Below, one piece after another: positions 39,023 through 49,500 of a stretch of DNA of 64,000 nt. This DNA comes from a virus (lineage: Duplodnaviria > Caudoviricetes): IMG/VR virus record IMGVR_UViG_3300033067_002132, positions 96,001 through 160,000 of that record. One strand, given 5' to 3'. The notes below the pieces were generated by a model, which was not told where the DNA came from, ran no database searches, and saw only the letters and a list, made by a program, of their open reading frames with translations. Each line of letters begins with the position of its first letter. Position 1 is the stretch's first letter. Made by a program: the position numbers and the translations under genes.

Positions 39023-42000
39023 TTATTTCTTTTCTTCTAATATTTTAATTCTTCGTTTTAATTTTTCTATTTCTGCGCTTAATTCTTTTACAGAATTAAC
39101 TAATAAATAAGTAATAGGAGAATCATAAACATGATATATATCTGTTCTTTCCGTATCATTAGGATCAAGAAATACATTTTTCTTTACTATACAATAAGGA
39201 ATATTTTTAAGCTGATCTTGAGCTATAATACCTATACCTTTTAATCCTTCTTGTGTTTCTCCACGACCATTATATTCAAATTCAAAAGGATTAATTTTAT
39301 TTACTATATCTAATCCTTGTTTAAAAGATTTAATATTTCTTTTTGTTCTTGCATCTGAAACAGATCCAGAAGAACCATTTGCTCCTGATGATCCTGATGT
39401 TCCTGATGTTCCAGAAGAACCCGATGTTCCGGAAGATCCTCTAGTTCCTGAAGTTCCCGAAGAACCTCTAGTTCCTGAAGTTCCCGAAGAACCTCTAGTT
39501 CCTGAAGTTCCAGAGGTTCCTGCGGTTCCTGAAGTACCAGAAGATCCCGAAGGTCCACTTGATCCTGTAGCTCCATTTAAACCTGATGTACCGCTAGATC
39601 CACCCCCTCCTGCTCCAGAAGTTCCAGAAGACCCCGCAACGCCTGTAACACCTGATGTTCCTGCGGTTCCCGAAGAACCAACAGCACCATTAGCACCTGA
39701 TGTTCCTGCGGTTCCCGAAGAACCAACAGCACCATTAGCACCTGATGTTCCTGCGGTTCCCGAAGAACCTGATGCTCCATTTGCTCCAGAACTTCCTGAA
39801 GTACCACGAGTACCTGAAGTACCAGAAGATCCTGTTCCTCCATCTGCTCCGTTTGCTCCTGAAGAACCAGAAGAACCTGAAGAACCAGATGCTCCTGAAG
39901 TTTTTTGTTTAATAATTCCATTTTCTATAATTAGAAAATTAGAACTAGTTCCTGTATTAACTTTTTTAAGTTCTACTTCATTTGCTATAGAAAAAATATT
40001 ATCATGTGTCGTAAAAGGTCTATCTGAAATTTCAAAACCACCTACTACCGTTATTCCTGAATAACTAGAATAATTTGTAATAATTAATGGTTTAATATAT
40101 CTAGTAGAAGGTGCAAAAGAAGTATATGCGAAACCAGTATCTTGACCCGAAATTATTCCATAATACCATTTTCCTGTTACAGTAGGGGTTGTATCAGCCG
40201 CAATAAAATATTTTAATCCACCAGAATTTGTATTAATTAAATTAAAACCACTATCAAAACATAAAGCACCAGCATAAAACCGTCCAGAAGATGTATTTGC
40301 CCCACTTAAATGAGTTCTAGCTGCCCAAATTTTTCCATAATATAAAGTATCTGGATTAACCGCGATATATTGAGGAATAGCTAACCAATTTCCCGCAAAA
40401 GTTCCCTGATGTTTAATTTGATGTAATACTCCTCCTGGTACAGAATAACCTGTTAATTCAGGTAAAAGTTTAATTGTAGTATTACTCATGGGGACTGAAG
40501 AAATTCCTGATGTCCACATTCCTGTTGTATATCCCCATGTTTCGCTAGAAATAGGAATAAGATTGGCACCAGCTAATCCACCCATTTGTAATTTAATAAA
40601 TCCTGTTACTCTTAAACTATCATTAATTAATACATCAGGTTCATTTAAAGAATTAATTCCTGAAGTAAATAAATTTTGTATATATGCTTCTTGAAATCTA
40701 TAATTATCTGCTCCTAAATTATAGGATTTAGTTACAGCAGGTCCAATATCTCCATTAACTTGTAATAAAAAGGTATTTGTTTCAGGAGTAACACCGATAC
40801 CGAAAGCATTATTTTTAAAAGAATATATAAATTGATCACCAGCAAATTTTGCTAAAATATTATTTATTCCTGATCCTGTAGGTCCATCTGTTGTAACGGT
40901 AATAATTGTATTTTGACCATGAGCACCATCTAAAGTTCTTCCACCGGCATTAATTTTAAAAATATCATCACCACTATTTAAACCACTAGGAAGATTAATA
41001 CTTCCGTTCCAACGATCATAATGAATAATAAAACGATCATTAATAGCTCTATTTAATATAGAATGACCCCCACCTATTACAGTATTTGTATAAGTTCTAT
41101 ATCCCGCTCCATTAAAATTAATTTGATTTATACTTGTAGCATCAAGATCTCCACTTGTAGGAGTTTGAATATAATCTCCTAAAATATGTACTGTTGTTTG
41201 AGGATTGGTTGTACCAATACCAATATTAGAACTAATTTCATGAATAGGAGTTGTTGTATTTCCTATAGCAGTAGCAGAGGTAAATTTAACTATTCTATTT
41301 GTTGTTCCTGATACAGAAATACTACTACCAGATGTTCCCGAACTTCCTGAAGTTCCCGAACTACCTGATGTTCCTCTCGTTCCTGATGTCCCACTTGATC
41401 CAGAAGAACCATCCGCACCATTTATTCCACTTGTGCCTGAAGATCCTGTTAAACCAGAACTGCCAGACGTTCCTCTAGTACCCGAAGTTCCTGATGATCC
41501 TGTTACCCCTGAAGAACCAGAACTTCCTGAAGACCCATCGTTTCCTGATATTCCACTTGTTCCAGAAGAACCTGTAACCCCCGAACTACCTGAACTACCT
41601 CTTGTACCAGATGTTCCAGATGATCCGGTTAATCCAGAGGAACCAGAACTTCCTGAAGATCCAATTGCTCCGTCAAGGCCACTAGTTCCACTCGATCCTG
41701 TAACACCAGAACTTCCACTTGTTCCTCTAGTTCCTGAGGTTCCACTACTTCCTGAAGAACCACTAGAACCCGAACTACCTGAAGATCCGCTTGTTCCTGA
41801 AGACCCATTAATTCCACTAGAACCGGATGAACCACTAGATCCAGAACTACCTGATGATCCTGAACTTCCTGAATCTCCTGCTCTTGCAAATGTTAACACA
41901 ATAGAATCATCTGTATTAAAAAGACCAGATCCAGTTATGTATGAAACGTTAGCAGCTATATATCCAGGACTAAAAGTTGTATTAGAAGTAATATTAAAAA

Positions 42001-45000
42001 TAGAAAAAATAGAAGAATTATATTCGCCAAAAATTCTTAATGTTCCTTTTATATTATTCGTACTATAATCTAATCCGCTTAACCAATTAAAAATATTCGC
42101 ACCATCAGCATTAATATGATCGATATATAATTTATTGATACTTGCGTATGTCGTATTATTAAATTTTAAATATCCATTTCCTGGATCTACATTAGATGTT
42201 CCTGTATTAAATAAATATAATTGAGAGTCACCACCAAAAAGACCATTAGAACCAGATGTTCCTGAACTTCCTGTAAGTCCTGAAGATCCTGATGTTCCTC
42301 TTGTTCCACTAGTTCCAGAAGATCCAGAAGAACCACTAGATCCCGAACTTCCACTAGAACCATCATTTCCTGTTAACCCTGAAGTTCCACTAGATCCTGA
42401 TGTCCCGCGTGTGCCTGATGTACCTGAAGTACCACTTGATCCCGTTAACCCGCTTGAACCAGAAGAACCCGATGAACCATTAGCTCCATCAATACCTGAT
42501 GTTCCTGATGATCCAGATGTACCTCGTGTTCCTGATGTTCCTGATGATCCAGTTAAACCGCTTGAACCAGAAGATCCAGAAGATCCGCTACTTCCTGAAG
42601 AACCATCATTACCATTAATTCCACTTGTTCCACTAGATCCAGACGTTCCTCTAGTTCCCGATGTTCCACTTGACCCTGTTAAACCACTAGATCCTGAAGA
42701 ACCAGAACTACCCGCGACACCATCTATACCTGATGTTCCACTTGAACCTGACGTTCCTCTAGTACCAGAAGTTCCTGAAGAACCAGTAACTCCTGATGAT
42801 CCGGAACTACCAGAAGATCCAGTTAATCCACTTGTACCCGAACTTCCTACTACTCCATCTATACCAGAAGTACCTGATGTACCTCTGGTTCCTGATGTAC
42901 CAGAAGATCCATTAATACCTGATGAACCCGAACTTCCTGAAGAACCAGTAGCACCCGAAGTTCCCGATGATCCTGATATACCTGAACTACCTGAAGAACC
43001 GCTTGAACCAGATGTACCCGCTGTTCCAGAAGAACCACTAGTACCTCTAGTACCTGAAGTCCCTGAAGAACCAGAAGAACCAGAATTTCCCGCTCTACTA
43101 AAAGTTAAAATAATATTATCATTTAAAGCAAATAATCCTGTACCTAATACATATTCTACATTTATAGCGGCATAACCAGAATTATAAATATTATTTCCTG
43201 TAATATCAAATTGATGAAAAATAGAACTATTATATTCTTGAAAAATTCTTAATGTTCCTTTTATATTATTATTACTTAAATCTAATCCGCTAATCCAGGG
43301 TAATATATTTATATTATTTTTATTTAAATTATCAATATAAATTTGATTAGCTCCAGAATATCCTGAAAAATTAAATCCTAAATATCCCGTTCCAGGATCT
43401 ATATTTAATATTCCTGTATTAAATAAAAATGGTATAGAATCGCCACCAAAAAGACCATTAGAGCCTGAGCTTCCCGATGTGCCTCTTGTACCAGAAGTAC
43501 CAGAACTACCTGTAATTCCTGAAGATCCTGAGCTTCCTGAAGATCCAGAATTACCGTCTATACCTGATGATCCTGATGTTCCTCTTGTGCCTGATGTTCC
43601 TGAACTTCCGGTTATACCAGATGAACCAGAACTACCAGCAGATCCAGCGGAACCAGGATTACCATCTAATCCTGAAGTTCCTGACGTTCCCGAAGATCCA
43701 TTTATACCAGAACTACCTGAAGTTCCTCTAGTACCAGACGTACCAGAACTTCCTGAAGATCCACTATTTCCTGAAGTTCCTGAAGAACCTGATAAACCAG
43801 AAGATCCAGGTGTTCCAGGCGCCCCGTCTATTCCTGATGTACCACTAGAACCTGTTAATCCACTTGATCCTGAAGTTCCGCGAGTACCAGAAGTACCGGA
43901 TGATCCATTAATTCCGGAAGATCCAGAACTACCACTAGAACCAGAAGTCCCGCTGCTTCCTGTTAAACCGCTTGATCCTGATGAACCATCTATACCTGAA
44001 ATTCCTGAAGTACCACTAGATCCTGAGGTTCCTCTTGTTCCAGATGTCCCCGAACTACCACTACTACCAGAACTTCCTGAAGAACCAGAACTGCCAGATG
44101 TTCCGCTAGATCCTGAATTACCATCGATACCCGAAGATCCACTAGAACCTGAAGTACCTCTAGTACCCGATGTACCTGAACTTCCTGTTAATCCTGAAGA
44201 TCCCGAACTACCAGAAATTCCTGAAGATCCAGGTGTTCCCGGTATACCATCTAAACCAGAAGTTCCAGAACTACCACTAGATCCAGAAAGACCAGAACTT
44301 CCGCTAGTTCCTCTAGTACCAGATGTTCCAGAACTTCCTGTTATTCCACTACTACCTGAAGAACCAGACGTTCCACTAGTTCCTGAACTTCCATCTATAC
44401 CAGACGTTCCAGATGTTCCTCTTGTACCAGAAGTACCTGATGTACCAGAAGAACCCGCGGGACCACTTGAACCGGTTGCACCATCTAACCCAGACGAACC
44501 AGATGAACCACTACTTCCTGAAGATCCTGAACTACCACTTGTACCAGAAGTTCCTCTAGTTCCAGAAGTTCCAGAGGAACCACTTGTTCCAGAACTTCCA
44601 TTATTACCAAACATAGTAAATGAAATTACTAAATTATCATTTAAATTAAAAAGACCACTTCCTATAATATAATTAACAAAAATTTGAGCATATCCAGAAT
44701 TATAAATATTATTACCGGTTATATTAAAAGATGTAAAATTAGAAGAATTATATTCTTTAAAAATTCTTAAATTTCCTTTAGGATTACTATTAGAAATATC
44801 AAAACCAGAAATCCAAGAAACAATATTTAATAAATCTTTATTATAGTAATCTATACATATTTGATTAACACCAGAATAACCTGAATAACCCGAATAGATT
44901 CCAGAATGATTAAAAGAAAAATAACCACTACCAGGATCAACATTTAAAATACCTGTATTAAAAATATATAATTGAGAATTTCCACCAAATAAACCACTAC

Positions 45001-46477
45001 TTCCTGATGTTCCACGGGTCCCAGAGGTTCCAGAAGAACCAGAAGCACCCGTATTTCCGTCTATTCCTGAAGTTCCCGAGGTTCCTCTTGTACCAGACGT
45101 TCCTGAAGATCCTGTTTGTCCTGAACTTCCACTTGAACCAGAAGATCCTGTTTGTCCAGAGCTACCCGAAGTTCCACTTGAACCGTTATTTCCATCTATA
45201 CCCGAAGTACCAGAAGTTCCTCTTGTACCAGAGGTTCCTGAACTACCAGTTATTCCACTACTTCCCGATGATCCAGAAGTACCTGATGTTCCAGAACTTC
45301 CTGAAAATCCAGAGGTGCCTGAAGATCCAGATATTCCACTGGAACCTGAAGAACCACTAGAACCGTTTATTCCTGATGTACCTGATGATCCTGTTATACC
45401 TGAAGATCCTGCGCTTCCACTACTTCCTGAAGATCCTGAATTACCAGATGTTCCACTACTTCCCGTAAGTCCAGAGGAACCACTACTTCCTGTAATTCCT
45501 GATGAACCACTACTACCAGAAGATCCATTAATACCAGATGAACCAGAAGTTCCACTAGATCCTGTTTGTCCAGAACTACCTGAAGACCCACTACTTCCTG
45601 TTACTCCGCTTGATCCAGAAGTTCCACTTGAACCATTTAAACCAGATGAACCACTACTACCAGAAATTCCACTAGAACCACTAGTTCCTGAACTTCCTGT
45701 TAATCCAGAAGATCCTGCGCTACCACTAGATCCGCTTGATCCAGAGGTTCCAGATGAACCTGAACTTCCTGATGTTCCCGAAGTACCAGAAGATCCAGAT
45801 GTACCTCGTGTTCCAGACGTTCCTGAAGATCCATTAGCTCCAGAACTACCTGAAGAACCATTATTTCCTGATGTTCCACTACTTCCTGTTAATCCAGATG
45901 TTCCAGAACTTCCTATATTACCTGCACGAGCAAAAGAAATAACAATTCTATCATTTAAATCAAAATTATTATTAGAAATTAGTCCACTAACACCTAATTT
46001 TGTATAAAGTCCAGAAGGAATGTTATTTCCTGTTATTAAATAATCTGCAAAATAAGAACTATCGTATTCTTTAAATATTCTAATAGTTCCTTTTATATCA
46101 TTATTGCTATCGTCTAAACTATTTATCCAACCACTAATATTAACAAAATTAGCATTATTATGATTAATAAAAATTTTATTTACCGCGGAATATGTACTAC
46201 TATTAAAAGAAAGATATCCACTTCCAGGATTTGTATCAACAATACTTGTATTAAATTTATATAAATGAGAATCTCCACCAAATAATCCTGAACCAGAAGC
46301 ATTAAATGATCCACCGCCACCCCCCGCACCTGTTATTAATACCCAAACACCACTTTCTTTAATATATTGTTTATAAGTGGTAAATTCATGATAAATTGCA
46401 CCATCTAATACTCCTGATGGTTTTGTATCAGATGGTAAACCTACAAATCTATCTCCAGCATATTTTCTAAGTGCCAT
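39023..46477 (-). CDS. Giant collagen-like (Gly-Ser-Ser/Gly-Thr-Ser) tail fibre with four repeated globular knobs and a C-terminal intramolecular chaperone (peptidase S74-like)
   Basis: Long G-X-Y tracts, four GLFGG(D/N)S..FNT..DPG.GY domains, a NIGIGTTNP fibre motif, and SDARTKRNIK...GIIAQD followed by a coiled coil. Confidence 0.85.
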   Translation of the reverse strand: MALRKYAGDRFVGLPSDTKPSGVLDGAIYHEFTTYKQYIKESGVWVLITGAGGGGGSFNASGSGLFGGDSHLYKFNTSIVDTNPGSGYLSFNSSTYSAVNKIFINHNNANFVNISGWINSLDDSNNDIKGTIRIFKEYDSSYFADYLITGNNIPSGLYTKLGVSGLISNNNFDLNDRIVISFARAGNIGSSGTSGLTGSSGTSGNNGSSGSSGANGSSGTSGTRGTSGSSGTSGTSGSSGSSGTSGSSGSSGSAGSSGLTGSSGTSGSSGISGSSGSSGLNGSSGTSGSSGVTGSSGSSGSSGQTGSSGTSGSSGINGSSGSSGSSGITGSSGSSGLTGSSGTSGNSGSSGSSGSAGSSGITGSSGTSGINGSSGSSGSSGISGSSGTSGFSGSSGTSGTSGSSGSSGITGSSGTSGTRGTSGTSGIDGNNGSSGTSGSSGQTGSSGSSGSSGQTGSSGTSGTRGTSGTSGIDGNTGASGSSGTSGTRGTSGSSGLFGGNSQLYIFNTGILNVDPGSGYFSFNHSGIYSGYSGYSGVNQICIDYYNKDLLNIVSWISGFDISNSNPKGNLRIFKEYNSSNFTSFNITGNNIYNSGYAQIFVNYIIGSGLFNLNDNLVISFTMFGNNGSSGTSGSSGTSGTRGTSGTSGSSGSSGSSGSSGSSGLDGATGSSGPAGSSGTSGTSGTRGTSGTSGIDGSSGTSGTSGSSGSSGITGSSGTSGTRGTSGSSGLSGSSGSSGTSGLDGIPGTPGSSGISGSSGSSGLTGSSGTSGTRGTSGSSGSSGIDGNSGSSGTSGSSGSSGSSGSSGSSGTSGTRGTSGSSGTSGISGIDGSSGSSGLTGSSGTSGSSGSSGSSGINGSSGTSGTRGTSGSSGLTGSSGTSGIDGAPGTPGSSGLSGSSGTSGNSGSSGSSGTSGTRGTSGSSGINGSSGTSGTSGLDGNPGSAGSAGSSGSSGITGSSGTSGTRGTSGSSGIDGNSGSSGSSGSSGITGSSGTSGTRGTSGSSGSNGLFGGDSIPFLFNTGILNIDPGTGYLGFNFSGYSGANQIYIDNLNKNNINILPWISGLDLSNNNIKGTLRIFQEYNSSIFHQFDITGNNIYNSGYAAINVEYVLGTGLFALNDNIILTFSRAGNSGSSGSSGTSGTRGTSGSSGTAGTSGSSGSSGSSGISGSSGTSGATGSSGSSGSSGINGSSGTSGTRGTSGTSGIDGVVGSSGTSGLTGSSGSSGSSGVTGSSGTSGTRGTSGSSGTSGIDGVAGSSGSSGSSGLTGSSGTSGTRGTSGSSGTSGINGNDGSSGSSGSSGSSGSSGLTGSSGTSGTRGTSGSSGTSGIDGANGSSGSSGSSGLTGSSGTSGTSGTRGTSGSSGTSGLTGNDGSSGSSGSSGSSGSSGTSGTRGTSGSSGLTGSSGTSGSNGLFGGDSQLYLFNTGTSNVDPGNGYLKFNNTTYASINKLYIDHINADGANIFNWLSGLDYSTNNIKGTLRIFGEYNSSIFSIFNITSNTTFSPGYIAANVSYITGSGLFNTDDSIVLTFARAGDSGSSGSSGSSGSSGSSGSSGINGSSGTSGSSGSSGSSGSSGSSGTSGTRGTSGSSGVTGSSGTSGLDGAIGSSGSSGSSGLTGSSGTSGTRGSSGSSGVTGSSGTSGISGNDGSSGSSGSSGVTGSSGTSGTRGTSGSSGLTGSSGTSGINGADGSSGSSGTSGTRGTSGSSGTSGSSGTSGSSISVSGTTNRIVKFTSATAIGNTTTPIHEISSNIGIGTTNPQTTVHILGDYIQTPTSGDLDATSINQINFNGAGYRTYTNTVIGGGHSILNRAINDRFIIHYDRWNGSINLPSGLNSGDDIFKINAGGRTLDGAHGQNTIITVTTDGPTGSGINNILAKFAGDQFIYSFKNNAFGIGVTPETNTFLLQVNGDIGPAVTKSYNLGADNYRFQEAYIQNLFTSGINSLNEPDVLINDSLRVTGFIKLQMGGLAGANLIPISSETWGYTTGMWTSGISSVPMSNTTIKLLPELTGYSVPGGVLHQIKHQGTFAGNWLAIPQYIAVNPDTLYYGKIWAARTHLSGANTSSGRFYAGALCFDSGFNLINTNSGGLKYFIAADTTPTVTGKWYYGIISGQDTGFAYTSFAPSTRYIKPLIITNYSSYSGITVVGGFEISDRPFTTHDNIFSIANEVELKKVNTGTSSNFLIIENGIIKQKTSGASGSSGSSGSSGANGADGGTGSSGTSGTRGTSGSSGANGASGSSGTAGTSGANGAVGSSGTAGTSGANGAVGSSGTAGTSGVTGVAGSSGTSGAGGGGSSGTSGLNGATGSSGPSGSSGTSGTAGTSGTSGTRGSSGTSGTRGSSGTSGTRGSSGTSGSSGTSGTSGSSGANGSSGSVSDARTKRNIKSFKQGLDIVNKINPFEFEYNGRGETQEGLKGIGIIAQDQLKNIPYCIVKKNVFLDPNDTERTDIYHVYDSPITYLLVNSVKELSAEIEKLKRRIKILEEKK

Positions 46478-46500
46478 TTCCTTTTACCTTTATAGAATAA

Positions 46501-46506
46501 TTACAC
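46501..46506 (-). promoter_or_regulatory. GTGTAA candidate late-promoter motif (giant fibre)
   Basis: Directly after the J stop codon; followed by AAGGTAAAAGGAA and the ATG at 46477. Confidence 0.65.
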
Positions 46507-49500
46507 TTATGTTTGCGAACTTATTATAACAGATTCAGAATCATCACCGAAACTATTAGTTAAAGTTCTTCTTCCATCAATTTGTGCTGTTGATAATTTC
46601 CAAATATTATTATTATCGTTAAAATTAGTAAAAATTAATTGTTGACCTATTTTCATAGTATTTGTGACTCCACTAAAGTTAATACTTGTTATATTACTTA
46701 ATGGAAATCCAGTTCTTAACATACTATTATAATTATTAATTATCTCCATGTCAAAAGAATCTATTACAGAAAAACAAATATATCCAGTTGGAGAAAAATA
46801 TCGATCTTCATAAGGAATAGGAGTTTGAAAAGATTTAGTATAAGAATTATAATTAGAATAACCTGTATAAATATTAAATTGACTAGGAATAGGATTATTT
46901 CCTGTTATATTTTCTCCTGAAAAAAGACCTGTACTAAAATAAATATAACCACCAATAATATCTTTTGGCATAGTTCCTGAAACATATGTAATATTAATAT
47001 TTAAACCACAATCAATAAAATGTCTAGTTATATATCCACTTACTATTTTATTAATACCTGTAGATAATGCTAATCCAGTAATTCTTTCATTATTTATATA
47101 TAATAAATCATATCCATAAGGATTTGTCCAAGGTTCATGATATCCAGTAGATAAATCTAAATAATTTCCAGCAGAAGTTCTTCCAAAATTATCAACCGCT
47201 TCAACTACAACATCATATTTTCTAAATGGCCCACCACTTGCTAATACATTATCTTTAAAATCAAAACTTTTAGATATTTCATTAGAATAAATAGGTATTC
47301 CTGTATATTCAAAATAAATAGTTGAAGAAGGAGTATTTGTATAAGAAGGTTCTCTTATAGATAATCTAAAATTAAAATTTGTTGGCAATTGTTCTCCTGT
47401 TGAACCCATTTGCCATGTAAAAACTGGACTTAATTCATAAAATCTATCAATATTTGTTTTAGATGCTCCAACTATACCATCATATAACCCTGTTGGATAA
47501 AATTGACCAGTATTAATGTTTAAACTACTAATAACAACATCTAAAATAGGAAAAATTTGAGGAATATTAAAAAATCCTGTTATACTATCATTTGAATATG
47601 TATTATTTATATAATTATATCCCCATAAACTATAAATAAAATCTCCTGTATTTTCAAAAGAATAATCATAATTAGAAATCTCAGGTGATAAAAATCCAAC
47701 CAAATATTTATTATCAGGTACAAAATTATGATCTATTTTATCACCCGAAGGACTAATAAAAATAGCAGTATGAGTGTTATTTACAGAATTATTATCTTTT
47801 GTCCAATTTAAAGATACCTTTTTAGAACTAATACTTACATTATCTACTGTTGTATATCCATATGTGGGTTTAGAAGGAATTGTTTGTGGTAATAATGAAT
47901 TTCTATCAAAATTAATTCCTGATTCTATTTCTATATATTTTTGTGCATTATATTGTAAACCAATAACGTTCAATTCATTTTCTTTTTCTTCTATATTAAT
48001 AATTCTATATTGATCTTGATATGGATCTAGAAATTTACTTGTTGCATCATAAGTTCTATCTCCCGAATTCATATGAATAGACCAAACAGTATTTTTTGTT
48101 ATTTCATAATTTTCTATATCAAATGGATTAGGATTAAATTCAAGTTGTAAATAAGAGTCTTTATTTATACAATTAGTTGGTGTAGCATTAAAAATTCCAC
48201 TTTGAATTAATCCTCTTCTTATATTAGAAATTTCACTACTATTCATATCAGAAATAGCAGTCGCATTATAATTATATGTAGGAGTAATTAAATTTAATAC
48301 ATAATTAACACCCGTATTAATAATTGGTATAGAATCTAATTTAATTATTGCTTTATTAGAAATAGATTCTAATTCAAAATCTTTAATTCTTCCCGCGTAT
48401 CGATATAATTTTTTATTATTATCTATTACATTTATTACGTCTCCGGGTTTTAAATAACTTGCTTCTAATCCCGCATTAAAACTAATCGTTTCTGTTTCTA
48501 AATTTTCTGTTAATAAAACCGCTCTACCAAATCTTAATGCTTGTCCACGACTAGTACATCCAATAGCATCAATTTCTATTTCCCTTATTCCATATTTTCT
48601 AATCCCATCTACATCTTCTACATATTCAATCGCAGGTTTATAAAAATTTCTTTTATCATTATATCTTACTATGGCTACGGTATGTCTTACTCTTCTACTA
48701 CTACTAGCATAACCAAAATTACCATCTTTAATATTTGAATTTGTAAATGTTGTAATGGGATCTTTTGGAGAATCTTGTGTCGCAGAAATTACTCCATTTC
48801 CAAAATAAACTAAACCTCTAAAAATCGAAGCCATATTATTAATAACTTTATAAGCTTCTTCTTTATTATTTAAAATAATATTACAAGCAAATCTTGGTTC
48901 CCATCCACCATATCCATCAGGAACTAAAACATCACAATATTTACTTATTTCATATAACGACCATTTATCTACATATGTACTATCAATATATTTTCCTAAT
49001 CCGTAATTTTCATTAGTAATAATATCATAAAAGCACCAAGCCGGATTATCTGTCCAATATTTGTTTTCTTTAAAAGAACCATCCCAAGGAGTAGATTCAT
49101 TATATCTTTTTAAAATAGGATCATAATTAGATGGAATTTTTACTTTTATTAATCTTGTATCAAAAAATCTATTAGGAATTTGACTAAAATATTCCGAATT
49201 AAAACGAGAACGAACTATAGCAGAATTTGGATTAGTATGTATATCTTCATAAATTTCTGTAATACTATCTACATAAATAGTATTTCTTTCTAATGAAGTT
49301 AAAGAATCAGGACTTCTTCTTGCTATTTTAATTTCCCATCCTAGAAAATCTCTATTATTTACTGTAGGATCTTTGCCATAAAAAGAAATTTTATCTGTTT
49401 TAATAAATCCATATTGAATTTTACCAGTAAATTGAACCTTTTTAGCTAATGTAAAATTTTTTGGATTATTTAATGCATTAGAATAAATAGGGCGAAAATA

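Noticed and set aside
41433-46007. Long + strand Pro/Glu/Asp/Val-rich ORFs (PEVPEDP...) and alternative-frame minus ORFs
   Set aside because: These are shadows of the GSS/GTS codon repeats of the 2484-aa fibre; repeat codons lack stops in those frames, and there are no independent start signals.
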